DNA of 64,000 nt from Gammaproteobacteria bacterium (GCA_036383255.1 DASVOS010000013.1:169178-233177); one strand, 5' to 3'; shown: positions 10,320 to 20,465, counted from the stretch's first letter. The notes: generated by a model not told the origin, from the letters alone. A program made the numbers and translations.

Positions 10320-11372
10320 GTGAAGAAGATCCTCATCCTCGGCGTCAACGGCTTCATCGGCCACCACCTCAGCAAGCGCATCATCGAGACCACGGACTGG
10401 GAAGTCCATGGCATGGACATGTACTCCGACAAGGTCTCCGACCTCATGGGGAACCCGCGCTTCAACTTCTTCGAGGGTGACATCACTATCAACCGCGAAT
10501 GGGTCGAGTACCACGTGCGCAAGTGCGACGTGGTGCTGCCGCTGGTGGCCATCGCCACCCCGGCCACCTACGTGAAGGACCCGCTGCGGGTGTTCGAGCT
10601 CGACTTCGAGGCGAACCTGCCGATCGTGCGCCAGTGCGTGAAGTACAGGAAGCGCGTGCTGTTCCCGTCCACCTCCGAGGTGTACGGCATGTGCCGCGAC
10701 CCGGGCTTCGACCCCTACACCTCCGAGCTCATCCTCGGACCCATCAACAAGCCGCGCTGGATCTACAGCTGCAGCAAGCAGCTCATGGACCGCGTCATCG
10801 CCGCCTACGGCGACCGCGAGGGCCTGGCCTACACGCTGTTCCGCCCCTTCAACTGGATCGGGCCCGGCCTCGACTCCATCTACACCCCGAAGGAAGGCAG
10901 CTCCCGCGTGGTGACCCAGTTCCTGGGTCAGATCGTGCGCGGCGAGAACATCAAGCTGGTGGACGGCGGCGTGCGCAAGCGCGCCTACACCTACGTGGAT
11001 GACGGCATCGACGCGCTCATGACCATCATCGAGAACAAGGGCGGCGTCGCGGACAAGCGCATCTACAACATCGGCAACCCCAAGAACAGCCACTCCGTGA
11101 AGGAGCTGGCGGACATGATGATGGAGATCGCCCTCTCCATGCCCGAGTACTCCGACAGTGCCAAGAAGGTGAAGCTCCTCACCGTCAGCGCCGACGACTA
11201 CTACGGCAAGGGCTACCAAGACGTGGAGAACCGCCTGCCCAGCATCGAGCACACGCGCCAGGAGCTCGGCTGGGAACCCAAGGTGGACATGAAGATGGCG
11301 CTCAGGAAGCTCTTCGAGTTCTACCGCGGCCACGTGGCCGACGCGCGCCGGCTGACGGAAGAGAGCGCCTGA
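10320..11372 (+). CDS. arnA: UDP-glucuronate oxidative decarboxylase (stand-alone C-terminal half of ArnA, extended SDR)
   Basis: The ORF-track entry 10206..11372 is trimmed to GTG 10320, with a GGGAGA Shine-Dalgarno sequence 7 nt upstream. Rossmann GVNGFIGHHL and catalytic YSCSK (YxxxK). Confidence 0.88.
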   Translation: MKKILILGVNGFIGHHLSKRIIETTDWEVHGMDMYSDKVSDLMGNPRFNFFEGDITINREWVEYHVRKCDVVLPLVAIATPATYVKDPLRVFELDFEANLPIVRQCVKYRKRVLFPSTSEVYGMCRDPGFDPYTSELILGPINKPRWIYSCSKQLMDRVIAAYGDREGLAYTLFRPFNWIGPGLDSIYTPKEGSSRVVTQFLGQIVRGENIKLVDGGVRKRAYTYVDDGIDALMTIIENKGGVADKRIYNIGNPKNSHSVKELADMMMEIALSMPEYSDSAKKVKLLTVSADDYYGKGYQDVENRLPSIEHTRQELGWEPKVDMKMALRKLFEFYRGHVADARRLTEESA

Positions 11373-11376
11373 CACC

Positions 11377-11874
11377 GTGCGAAGTGGGGCAGGCGTCTTT
11401 CTCGGCGTGGCGCCACTGGTGTTGTGCGGCTGCTGGAACGGCAAGGACCAGTTCCGGCACTACATGGAGGAAGGCCGCGCCGCCCATGTGCCGGTCGTCA
11501 TCTACGACATCTCGGCGAACGACCCGCGCCCAGGCGCGCGGCAGGAGCCCCTGGCGGTCGCCTTCCTGAACACCCAGGACGCAGAGCTGGATTCCGTCAC
11601 GCTCACCATCGCCCCCTGCGACACCATGGGGCAACCCGGCCGCACGCGGGACGTGGCTTTCAACGGGCCCTTCGAGCCGGCCGCCGCCGTCGTCATCAGC
11701 ACCGCCGGTTCCGCGGGCGAAGACGGGAAGCAGGTGCCGGTGGCGCTGCCCCACATGGTCATCACCGCCGTCGAAGTGACGGATGCGACCGGCCGCCGCC
11801 GCTTCGAAGGCAAGGACCTGGCAGCACTGCTGGACGAGCGGATAGCCAATTTCTGCACCGGTAGGGCGATGTGA
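11377..11874 (+). CDS. hypothetical secreted protein or lipoprotein embedded in the arn operon
   Basis: 165 aa, GTG start 4 nt after the arnA stop. N-terminal hydrophobic segment ending in LVLCGC (atypical lipobox). The stop overlaps the arnD start region. No family recognised. Confidence 0.55.
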   Translation: MRSGAGVFLGVAPLVLCGCWNGKDQFRHYMEEGRAAHVPVVIYDISANDPRPGARQEPLAVAFLNTQDAELDSVTLTIAPCDTMGQPGRTRDVAFNGPFEPAAAVVISTAGSAGEDGKQVPVALPHMVITAVEVTDATGRRRFEGKDLAALLDERIANFCTGRAM

Positions 11875-12806
11875 CGGCCATGCGCAGGCTCGCCCTCAAG
11901 ATCGATGTCGATACCCTGCGCGGCACCCTGGAAGGCGTGCCGCCGCTGATCGAGACGCTCAAGCGCCATGGCGCCCAAGCCACGTTCCTGTTCAGCCTGG
12001 GACCGGACAACACCGGCCGCGCGCTCAAGCGCGTGTTCCGCCCCGGCTTCATCAGGAAGGTGCTGCGCACCAACGTCGCGGCGAACTACGGCCTGAAGAC
12101 CCTCATGTACGGCGTGCTCATCCCGGGTCCGGACATCGGCCGGCGCGCCGCCGCGCCCATGCGCGCGGCCCGCGATGCCGGCTTCGAGGTGGGCATCCAT
12201 ACCTGGGACCACATCCGCTGGCAGGACTATGTGGCGGGCAAGGATGAGGCCTGGACCCGGCATGAGTTCGACCAGGCCGTGGCACGATTCCGTGAGGTGT
12301 TCGGTGAGGCGCCGCGCACCTTCGGCGCCGCCGGCTGGCAGATCAACGCCTCCACCCTGGCGCTACAGGAGGAAGCGGGCCTGGACTACGCCAGCGACAC
12401 CCGCGGTGGCCTGGAGCCGTTCCTGCCCAGCATGGAAGGGCGCGTATACAAGGTGCCGCAGATCCCCGGCACGCTGCCCACCCTCGACGAACTCGTGGGC
12501 GTGGACGGCATCACCGTGGACAACGTGGCCGAGCACCTGCTGAAGCTCACCGCCGCGCCGCCGCCGCCCACCGGGCACGTGTTCACCCTGCACGCGGAGC
12601 TGGAGGGCATGGCCCTCAAGCCCGTGTTCGAGAAGCTCCTGGTGGGCTGGAAGTCCCAGGGCTATGCGCTCGTCGCCACCCGCGATCTTGCCGCCGGACT
12701 CGACCGCGCCCGTCTGCCGGTGTACGAGGTGGTGATGGGCGAGATCCCGGGCCGCTCCGGCACGCTCGCCGTGCAGCGGCGGAAGCTCGGGGCCGCTCCT
12801 GTATAA
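11871..12806 (+). CDS. arnD: 4-deoxy-4-formamido-L-arabinose-phosphoundecaprenol deformylase (polysaccharide deacetylase fold)
   Basis: About 310 aa. LALKIDVDTLRGT..GPDNTGR..GIHTWDH resembles the ArnD N-terminus. Start is either GTG 11871 (GTGA overlap) or ATG 11880. Confidence 0.87.
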   Translation: MTAMRRLALKIDVDTLRGTLEGVPPLIETLKRHGAQATFLFSLGPDNTGRALKRVFRPGFIRKVLRTNVAANYGLKTLMYGVLIPGPDIGRRAAAPMRAARDAGFEVGIHTWDHIRWQDYVAGKDEAWTRHEFDQAVARFREVFGEAPRTFGAAGWQINASTLALQEEAGLDYASDTRGGLEPFLPSMEGRVYKVPQIPGTLPTLDELVGVDGITVDNVAEHLLKLTAAPPPPTGHVFTLHAELEGMALKPVFEKLLVGWKSQGYALVATRDLAAGLDRARLPVYEVVMGEIPGRSGTLAVQRRKLGAAPV

Positions 12807-12807
12807 T
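12802..12807 (+). promoter_or_regulatory. candidate -10 (TATAAT, preceded by TG) for icd
   Basis: The sequence tgtataat spans the arnD stop codon, 60 nt upstream of the icd ATG. No convincing -35 hexamer. Confidence 0.3.
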
Positions 12808-12866
12808 GCCGTCCGCCGCGGCGCTGCCGCGCGCTCCGTCTCATCATCGCTCAAGGGAAAACCTCG

Positions 12867-14108
12867 ATGGCTTACAAGCACGTCAAGCTGCCGTCCGGCG
12901 GCACCAAGATCTCGGTCGCGAACGGCAAGCTCGTGGTGCCGGACCAGGTCATCCTCGGCTACGTGGAAGGCGACGGCATCGGCGTGGACATCACGCCCGC
13001 CAGCATGAAGATCTGGGACGCGGCCGTGGCCAAGGCCTACGGCGGCAAGCGCAAGATCCACTGGTGCGAGATCTTCCTCGGGGAGAAGGCCCAGAAGCTG
13101 TACGACGGCAACTACTTCCCGGACGAGACCCTGACGGCCATCAAGGACCTCATCGTCTCCATCAAGGGCCCTCTCACCACGCCGGTGGGCGGCGGCTTCC
13201 GCTCCCTCAACGTGACCCTGCGCCAGGACCTGGACCTCTACGCCTGCGTCCGTCCGGTCAAGCACTATCCCGGCGTGCCTTCGCCCCTCAAGAAGCCCGA
13301 GCTCGTGGACGTGGTGATCTTCCGCGAGAACACCGAGGACGTCTATGCCGGCATCGAGTACCAGGCCGGCAGCGAGAAGAACAAGAAGCTCGCCAAGTTC
13401 CTGCGCGAGGAGCTGGGCGCCAAGTTCTTCGAGGACGCGGGCCTGGGCGTGAAGCCCATCTCCGAGTTCGGCTCCAAGCGCCTGGTGCGCAAGGCCATCC
13501 AGCACGCGATCGAGTACGACCGCAACTCGGTGACGCTGGTGCACAAGGGCAACATCATGAAGTTCACCGAGGGCGCGTTCCGCCAGTGGGGCTACGACCT
13601 CGCCAAGCAGGAGTTCGGCGCGGAGCTCCTGGACGGCGGCCCCTGGATGCACTTCAAGAGCCCGAAGACCGGCAAGTGGATCGTCATCAAGGACCAGATC
13701 GCCGACATCATGTTCCAGCAGATGCTGCTGCGGCCTGATGAGTACGCGGTGCTCGCCACCCCGAACCTGAACGGCGACTACCTCTCCGACGCGGTGGCGG
13801 CGGAGGTGGGCGGCGTGGGCATCGCCCCCGGCGCCAACATCGGCGACTCGCTGGCGGTGTTCGAGGCCACCCACGGCACCGCGCCCAAGCACGCGGGGCT
13901 GGACAAGGCCAACCCCGGCTCGCTCCTGTTCTCCGGCGTGATGATGCTGGAGTACATCGGCTGGCGCGAGGCGGCGGACATGATCCAGGCGGCCTACGCC
14001 AAGACCGTGGCCTCCGGCGTCGTGACCTACGACTTCGCCCGGCAGATGGTCGGCGCGAAGGAAGTGAAGACCAGCGCCTTCGCCGATGCCGTGGTCAGGA
14101 ACCTCTGA
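12867..14108 (+). CDS. icd: NADP-dependent isocitrate dehydrogenase
   Basis: 413 aa. [23 protein letters not shown] and [10 protein letters not shown] signatures of homodimeric IDH. AAGGGA Shine-Dalgarno sequence upstream. Confidence 0.95.
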   Translation: MAYKHVKLPSGGTKISVANGKLVVPDQVILGYVEGDGIGVDITPASMKIWDAAVAKAYGGKRKIHWCEIFLGEKAQKLYDGNYFPDETLTAIKDLIVSIKGPLTTPVGGGFRSLNVTLRQDLDLYACVRPVKHYPGVPSPLKKPELVDVVIFRENTEDVYAGIEYQAGSEKNKKLAKFLREELGAKFFEDAGLGVKPISEFGSKRLVRKAIQHAIEYDRNSVTLVHKGNIMKFTEGAFRQWGYDLAKQEFGAELLDGGPWMHFKSPKTGKWIVIKDQIADIMFQQMLLRPDEYAVLATPNLNGDYLSDAVAAEVGGVGIAPGANIGDSLAVFEATHGTAPKHAGLDKANPGSLLFSGVMMLEYIGWREAADMIQAAYAKTVASGVVTYDFARQMVGAKEVKTSAFADAVVRNL

Positions 14109-14139
14109 GACGGCGATGGGAAGGGTGAAGTGATAACCT

Positions 14140-14172
14140 GACGGCGGCCTCTCCAGGCCGCCGTCTTGCTTT
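14140..14172 (+). terminator. Rho-independent terminator after icd
   Basis: 11-bp stem gacggcggcct / aggccgccgtc with a 4-nt loop, followed by ttgcttt. Confidence 0.6.
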
Positions 14173-14184
14173 ACGGGAGCACCC

Positions 14185-15111
14185 ATGGCGAAAGGCACCC
14201 ATGACTACCAGGCGGACCCGCGCAACGCCGCTATCCAGGTGAGCATCAACGGCGAGCTGTTCCCGCGGGACCAGGCCAAGGTCTCGGTGTTCGACAGCGG
14301 CTACATCCTGGGCGATGGGGTGTGGGAGGGCCTGCGGCTGCATGCGGGCGGCCTGCCGTTCCTGGAGCTGCACCTGGACCGGATGTACGAGGGCGCCAAG
14401 GCCATCGACATGGACATCGGACTCACGCGCGAGCAACTCACCGAGCGCATCCTCGCGGCGCTGCGCGCCAACAAGATGCAGGACGGCGTGCACATCCGCC
14501 TCATGGTCACCCGCGGCATCAAGGCCACGCCCTACCAGGACCCGCGCGTCACCCTCGGCCCTGCCACGGTGGTCATCATCCCTGAGTACAAGCAGCCCCT
14601 GCCGGCGACGGTGGAGAAGGGCATCCGCCTCTTCACCACCCACGTGCGCCGCGCCGCGCCGGATACTCTCGATCCGAAGCTCAACGCCCATTCCAAGCTC
14701 AACGACATCCTGGCCTGCATCCAGGCGGCCAAGGCGGGCTACGACGAGGCCCTGATGCTGGACCCCCACGGTTTCGTCGCCACCTGCAACTCCACCCACT
14801 TCTTCATCGTGCGCAAGGGCGAGGTGTGGACCTCCTCCGGCAAGTATTGCCTCGGCGGCATCACCCGGGCCAACGTGCTGCGCGTCTGCCGCGAGCATGG
14901 CCTCCCGCACTTCGAGAAAGACTTCAGCCTCACGGATGTGTACGGCGCCGAGGAAGCCTTCGTCACCGGCACCTTCGCGGGCCTCGTGCCCGTCACGGAG
15001 GTGGATGGCCGGCGCATCGGTGCCGGCACGCGTGGGCCCATGGTGCAGAAGCTGCAAGGCCTCTACATGGATCTCGTCAAGCGCGAGAGCGCGCGGGGCC
15101 CACGCGTATGA
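14185..15111 (+). CDS. class-IV PLP aminotransferase (branched-chain / D-amino-acid aminotransferase family)
   Basis: 308 aa, with overall class-IV pattern (FDSGYILGDGVWEGLR, ..EYKQP.., ..LDPHGFVATCNSTHFF..). Substrate unknown. Confidence 0.8.
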   Translation: MAKGTHDYQADPRNAAIQVSINGELFPRDQAKVSVFDSGYILGDGVWEGLRLHAGGLPFLELHLDRMYEGAKAIDMDIGLTREQLTERILAALRANKMQDGVHIRLMVTRGIKATPYQDPRVTLGPATVVIIPEYKQPLPATVEKGIRLFTTHVRRAAPDTLDPKLNAHSKLNDILACIQAAKAGYDEALMLDPHGFVATCNSTHFFIVRKGEVWTSSGKYCLGGITRANVLRVCREHGLPHFEKDFSLTDVYGAEEAFVTGTFAGLVPVTEVDGRRIGAGTRGPMVQKLQGLYMDLVKRESARGPRV

Positions 15112-15845
15112 CCCAGGGCCTGCGGGTGGCCATGTGGTCGGGACCCCGCAACATCTCCACCGCCATGATGCGCTCCTGGGAGAACCGGGAGGACACGGCG
15201 GTGGTGGACGAGCCCTTCTATGCGCATTACCTCGCCGCCACCGGCGTGAACCATCCGGGTCGTGAGGAGGTGATCGCCTCCCAGTCCACGGACTGGCGCG
15301 CGGTGGCCAGAGAGCTCACCGGCTCCATCCCCGGCGGCAAGGCCATCTGGTACCAGAAGCACATGACCCAGCACCTGCTGGCGGACATGTCACTGGACTG
15401 GCTGGACGACGTGGTGAACTGCTTCCTCATCCGCCGCCCCGAGCTCGTGGTGGCGTCCTTCACCCGCCAGCGTCCCGATGCTGCCGCCTGGGAACTTGGT
15501 TTCGAACAGCAGACCCGCATCTTCGAGCATGTCGCGGGCAAGCTCGGCGCGGCGCCGCCGGTGCTGGACGCGGAGGATGTGCTCAAGGATCCCCGCGCCA
15601 TGTTGGGCATCCTCTGCACGCGGCTCGGCATCCCCTTCAGCGAGCGCATGCTGCACTGGCCGGCTGGGCGGCGCGCCAGCGACGGCGTCTGGGCGCCGCA
15701 TTGGTACGCGGCGGTGGAGCGTTCCACCGGTTTCGAACCTTACGAGCCCAAAATGCCGGAACTCACGCCTTTCCAGCAGGAACTCGCCACCCTCTGCCGT
15801 CCCCACTACGACGCAATGGCCCGCCACAGGCTTACGGCAGCCTGA
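15108..15845 (+). CDS. conserved hypothetical, sulfotransferase-like / P-loop-fold protein
   Basis: The ORF-track entry 14826..15845 is trimmed to ATG 15108 (ATGA overlap with the aminotransferase stop). The N-terminus MWSGPRNISTAMMRSWENR..VVDEPFYAHYL resembles, from memory only, a family annotated as sulfotransferase-like. Needs a search. Confidence 0.5.
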   Translation: MTQGLRVAMWSGPRNISTAMMRSWENREDTAVVDEPFYAHYLAATGVNHPGREEVIASQSTDWRAVARELTGSIPGGKAIWYQKHMTQHLLADMSLDWLDDVVNCFLIRRPELVVASFTRQRPDAAAWELGFEQQTRIFEHVAGKLGAAPPVLDAEDVLKDPRAMLGILCTRLGIPFSERMLHWPAGRRASDGVWAPHWYAAVERSTGFEPYEPKMPELTPFQQELATLCRPHYDAMARHRLTAA

Positions 15846-15911
15846 AACGGGGCATTTTCCCGGGCCGTCCGGTAAAATAGCGGGCTCTTGAGCCTTTCCT
15901 TGAGAGCCTGC

Positions 15912-18900
15912 ATGTATCAGCCCGCCGACACCGCGTCCGACGACCGCTTCATCTTCCAAGGCAACCCGCCGGCCCTGGACCCGTTGCGCGCGGCCATCAA
16001 CGCGCTCTACCTCGCGGACGAGACCCAGTGCGTGGACGCGCTGCTCGAGCAGGCCAGGCTGGATGACAAGTCCCGCGCCGAGATCCAGGCCCGCGCCAAG
16101 GCGCTGGTCGAGACCGTGCGCAGGAACCGCAAGGCCAAGGGCGGCATCGAGGAGTTTCTGCGCCAGTACGACCTGTCCTCCCAGGAGGGCATGGTGCTCA
16201 TGTGCCTCGCCGAGGCTTTCCTGCGCATCCCGGACGCGGACACCGCCGACAAGCTCATCCGCGACAAGATCGTGAACGGCAACTGGTCCGAGCATCTCGG
16301 CGCCAGCCCCTCGCTGTTCGTGAACACCTCCACCTGGGGCCTCATGCTCACCGGCAAGCTCATCGAGCTGGACCAGGCCGTGGAGAAGAACCTCGGCAAC
16401 TACATGGCCGCGCTCGCCGCGCGCCTGGGCGAGCCCGTCATCCGTGCCGCCTTCCGCCAGGCCATGCGCATCATGGGCCACCAGTTCGTCATGGGGCGCA
16501 AGATCGAGGAAGCCCTGAAGCGCGCCAAGGACGAGGAGAACCGCAAGTTCCGCCACTCCTACGACATGCTGGGCGAAGCCGCCCTCACCGCCAAGGACGC
16601 GGAGCGCTACTTCCAGGCCTACGCCACGGCCATCGACGCCATCGGCGCCACGGTGGAGAAGGGCGCCGACGTGTTCGCCGCTCCCAGCATCTCCGTCAAG
16701 CTTTCGGCCCTGCACCCGCGCTACGAACTCGCCCAGCGCGAGCGCGTGATGGCCGAGCTCACGCCCAAGGTGCTGGCGCTCGCCGAGCGCGCCAAGGGCC
16801 ACGGCATGGGCCTCACGGTGGACGCGGAGGAGAGCGAACGGCTCGACCTCTCGCTGGACATCATTGAGGCGGTGTACCGCTCGCCCAAGCTCGCGGGCTG
16901 GGAAGGCTTCGGCCTCGCGGTGCAGGCTTACCAGAAGCGCGCGCCGCGCGTGCTGGACTGGCTCATCGCGCTCGCCCGCGCCGGCAAGCGCCGCATCCCC
17001 GTGCGTCTCGTGAAGGGCGCCTATTGGGACAGTGAGGTGAAGCGCGCCCAGGAGCGCGGCCTCGAGGGTTACCCGGTGTACACCCGCAAGGTGAACACGG
17101 ACGTGGCTTATCTCGCCTGCGCCCGCAAGATGCTCGCGAGCCGCGACGCCCTCTATCCCATGTTCGCGACCCACAACGCCCACACCCTCTCCGCCGTCCT
17201 GCAGATGGCGGGCGGCGACCTGGGCTTCGAGTTCCAGCGCCTGCACGGCATGGGCATCGAGCTCTACGACGAGGTGGTGGGCCCGGACAAGCTCAAGCTC
17301 AACTGCCGCGTGTACGCGCCGGTGGGCAGCCATGAGGACTTGCTCCCTTACCTCGTGCGCCGTCTCCTGGAGAACGGCGCCAACACCTCGTTCGTGAACC
17401 GCATCATCGACGACAAGGTGCCGGTGGACGCCATCGTGGCAGACCCGGTGGCGGAGGTGGCGGCGCTGGCCCAGAAGCCGCACCCGCGCATCCCGCTGCC
17501 GAAGGACATCTACGGTCCCTGGCGCCCAAATTCCCGCGGCGTGAACCTGGCGGACCCGCAGAAACTTGCGGCCCTGGCCGCCGAGATGGAGCAGGCCTTC
17601 AAGCGCGAGTGGATCGCGGCGCCCATCGTGGGCGGCAAGGTCCTATCCGGAAAAGAGAAGCCTTCCCTCAACCCCGTGGACAACCGCGAGACCGTCGGCA
17701 TCATCCGCGAGGCGGACGACAAGGTGATCCGCGAGGCGGTGGACGTGGCGGTGGCGGCCCAGCCCGCCTGGGACATGACGCCCGCCATGGAGCGGGCTCG
17801 TATCCTGCGCAAGGCCGCGGATCTGTTTGAGACCCATACGGCGGAGCTGATGGCGCTCTGCGTGCGCGAAGCCGGCAAGTCCATCCCGGACGCGGTGTCC
17901 GAGGTGCGCGAGGCGGTGGACTACCTGCGCTACTACGCCGAGCGCGCCGAGGAGGACTTCGGCAAGCCCAAGGCCATGCCGGGACCGACAGGTGAGTCGA
18001 ATGAACTGTGGCTGCAGGGCCGCGGCGTGTTCGTCTGCATCTCGCCCTGGAACTTCCCCCTGGCGATCTTCACGGGCCAGGTGGCGGCGGCGCTCGCCGC
18101 CGGCAATGCGGTGCTCACCAAGCCCGCGGAGCAGACTTCGCTCATCGGCGCGCAGGCCGTGCGGCTGATGCACCAGGCCGGCGTGCCCGGCGGCGTGCTC
18201 AACTTCATCCCGGGCCGCGGCTCCGTGGTCGGCCAGCACGCGGTGGCGGATGCGCGCATCGCGGGCGTGGCCTTCACCGGTTCCACCGAGACCGCCAAGA
18301 CCATCCACAAGACCCTGGCGGACCGGGACGGCATCATCCCCGTGCTCATCGCCGAGACCGGCGGGCAGAACTGCATGCTGGTGGATTCCTCCGCGCTGCC
18401 CGAGCAGGTGGTGATGGACGTGGTGGCGAGCGCCTTCAACAGCGCCGGCCAGCGCTGCTCCGCCCTGCGGGTGCTGTTCGTGCAGGAGGAGATCGCCGAC
18501 CGCGTGGTGGAGGTGCTCTCCGGCTACATGGACGAGCTGCGCATCGACGATCCCGCCTGGCTCACCACCGACGTGGGCCCGGTCATCGACAAGGCCGCCA
18601 AGCAGCAGCTCGACGAGCACAAGGCCTGGATCAAGACGCAAGGGCGGCTGATCAAGGAGATGCCCATCCCTGCGGAGCTCGCCCACGGGACCTTCGTGGC
18701 CCCGGCGGCGGTGGAGCTGCCGACCCTGGACATCCTCAAGCGCGAGGTGTTCGGCCCGGTGCTGCACGTGATCCGCTTCAAGGCGGCCGAGCTGGACAGT
18801 GTCATCGACAGCATCAACCGCACCGGCTATGGGCTCACGCTGGGCATCCACTCGCGCATCGACAGCCAGGCCCAGTACATCCAGCGGCGCATCCGCGTCG

Positions 18901-19097
18901 GCAACGTCTACATCAACCGCAACATGATCGGCGCCGTGGTGGGCGTGCAGCCCTTCGGCGGCCAGGGCCTCTCCGGCACCGGGCCCAAGGCCGGCGGCCC
19001 GCACTACATGCTGCGTTTCGCCACCGAGCGCACCGTCACGGTCAACACCGCGGCGGTGGGCGGCAATGCCAGCCTGCTCTCCATGAAGGATAACTAG
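15912..19097 (+). CDS. putA: bifunctional proline dehydrogenase / L-glutamate gamma-semialdehyde (P5C) dehydrogenase
   Basis: About 1061 aa, taking ATG 15912 (the ORF track starts at TTG 15888). N-terminal PRODH barrel region, then an ALDH domain with FTGSTETAK and catalytic-Cys motif ETGGQNCMLVD. No ribbon-helix-helix DNA-binding extension. Confidence 0.93.
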   Translation: MYQPADTASDDRFIFQGNPPALDPLRAAINALYLADETQCVDALLEQARLDDKSRAEIQARAKALVETVRRNRKAKGGIEEFLRQYDLSSQEGMVLMCLAEAFLRIPDADTADKLIRDKIVNGNWSEHLGASPSLFVNTSTWGLMLTGKLIELDQAVEKNLGNYMAALAARLGEPVIRAAFRQAMRIMGHQFVMGRKIEEALKRAKDEENRKFRHSYDMLGEAALTAKDAERYFQAYATAIDAIGATVEKGADVFAAPSISVKLSALHPRYELAQRERVMAELTPKVLALAERAKGHGMGLTVDAEESERLDLSLDIIEAVYRSPKLAGWEGFGLAVQAYQKRAPRVLDWLIALARAGKRRIPVRLVKGAYWDSEVKRAQERGLEGYPVYTRKVNTDVAYLACARKMLASRDALYPMFATHNAHTLSAVLQMAGGDLGFEFQRLHGMGIELYDEVVGPDKLKLNCRVYAPVGSHEDLLPYLVRRLLENGANTSFVNRIIDDKVPVDAIVADPVAEVAALAQKPHPRIPLPKDIYGPWRPNSRGVNLADPQKLAALAAEMEQAFKREWIAAPIVGGKVLSGKEKPSLNPVDNRETVGIIREADDKVIREAVDVAVAAQPAWDMTPAMERARILRKAADLFETHTAELMALCVREAGKSIPDAVSEVREAVDYLRYYAERAEEDFGKPKAMPGPTGESNELWLQGRGVFVCISPWNFPLAIFTGQVAAALAAGNAVLTKPAEQTSLIGAQAVRLMHQAGVPGGVLNFIPGRGSVVGQHAVADARIAGVAFTGSTETAKTIHKTLADRDGIIPVLIAETGGQNCMLVDSSALPEQVVMDVVASAFNSAGQRCSALRVLFVQEEIADRVVEVLSGYMDELRIDDPAWLTTDVGPVIDKAAKQQLDEHKAWIKTQGRLIKEMPIPAELAHGTFVAPAAVELPTLDILKREVFGPVLHVIRFKAAELDSVIDSINRTGYGLTLGIHSRIDSQAQYIQRRIRVGNVYINRNMIGAVVGVQPFGGQGLSGTGPKAGGPHYMLRFATERTVTVNTAAVGGNASLLSMKDN

Positions 19098-20465
19098 TTG
19101 TCCGTCAGCGTCTTCGACATGTTCAAGATCGGCGTGGGGCCTTCCAGTTCCCACACCGTCGGTCCCATGCGGGCAGCGCGCCAGTTCCTGCTGGACCTCG
19201 AAGCGAAGGGCCTATTCGGCCAGACCGCGCAGGTGGCGGTGCAGCTCTACGGCTCGCTGGCGCTCACCGGCAAGGGCCACGGCACCGACCGGGCCGTGCT
19301 CCTCGGACTTGAAGGCGAGACGCCGGACGGCGTGGACCCGGATAGCATCGCGGAACGGCTCAGCCACATCCGCAAGAGCGGCAGGATCAAGCTGCTCGGC
19401 AAGCGCGAGATCCCCTTCGACGAGGCCCTGGACCTCCTGTTCCACCGGGACCAGGTGCTGCCCAAGCATTCCAACGGCCTGCGCTTCACGGCGCTGGATT
19501 CCAACAAGCACAAGCTGTTCACCGACGAGTTCTACTCCATCGGCGGCGGTTTCATCGTGCGCAGCAGCGAGATGGAGGGTGACGCGGCTTCCCTCGACGT
19601 GAAGCTGCCGTACCCCTTCAAGTCCGGCGACGAGCTCCTGGCACTCTGCGCCAAGCACAAGCTCGGCATCCCGGAGCTGATGATGGCGAACGAGCGGTGC
19701 TGGCGCTCCGAGGCGGAGACCCGCGCCGGCCTCATCAGGATATGGGAAGTGATGAAGGCCTGCGTCGCGCGCGGCATGCGCGAAGGCGGCGAGCTCCCAG
19801 GCGGACTCAAGGTCATGCGTCGCGCCCCCAAGATCCATGCCAGCCTCGCGAATCAGAAGAAGACCACCGCGCTCGACGCCATGGACTGGGTGAACCTGTG
19901 GGCGCTGGCCGTGAACGAGGAGAACGCGGCGGGCGGCCGCGTCGTCACCGCGCCCACCAACGGTGCCGCCGGCATCATCCCCTCGGTGATGCACTACTAC
20001 ATGCGCTTCGTGGACGGCGCGGACGAGGCGGGTATCCTGCGCTTCCTGCTCACCGCTGCCGCCATCGGCATCCTCTACAAGCAGAACGCCTCGATCTCCG
20101 GTGCCGAGATGGGCTGCCAGGGCGAGGTGGGCGTGGCCTGCTCCATGGCCGCCGGAGGGCTCGTCTCGGCCATGCAGGGCAGCGACGGACAGATCGAGAA
20201 CGCCGCCGAGATCGGCATGGAGCACAACCTGGGGCTGACCTGCGACCCCGTGGGCGGACTGGTGCAGATACCCTGCATCGAGCGCAACGCCATGGGCGCG
20301 GTGAAGGCCATCAATGCCGCGCGCCTGGCCCAGCACGGCGACGGCCAGCACCGGGTGTCCCTGGATCAAGTCATATCGACCATGCGACAGACCGGCCATG
20401 ACATGCGCAGCATCTATAAGGAGACCTCCCTGGGCGGTCTCGCGGTCAACGTCACCGAGTGCTGA
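19098..20465 (+). CDS. sdaA: L-serine ammonia-lyase (iron-sulfur dependent)
   Basis: 455 aa. N-terminus (M)[23 protein letters not shown] and C-terminal [17 protein letters not shown]. The TTG start directly abuts the putA TAG stop. Confidence 0.92.
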   Translation: MSVSVFDMFKIGVGPSSSHTVGPMRAARQFLLDLEAKGLFGQTAQVAVQLYGSLALTGKGHGTDRAVLLGLEGETPDGVDPDSIAERLSHIRKSGRIKLLGKREIPFDEALDLLFHRDQVLPKHSNGLRFTALDSNKHKLFTDEFYSIGGGFIVRSSEMEGDAASLDVKLPYPFKSGDELLALCAKHKLGIPELMMANERCWRSEAETRAGLIRIWEVMKACVARGMREGGELPGGLKVMRRAPKIHASLANQKKTTALDAMDWVNLWALAVNEENAAGGRVVTAPTNGAAGIIPSVMHYYMRFVDGADEAGILRFLLTAAAIGILYKQNASISGAEMGCQGEVGVACSMAAGGLVSAMQGSDGQIENAAEIGMEHNLGLTCDPVGGLVQIPCIERNAMGAVKAINAARLAQHGDGQHRVSLDQVISTMRQTGHDMRSIYKETSLGGLAVNVTEC

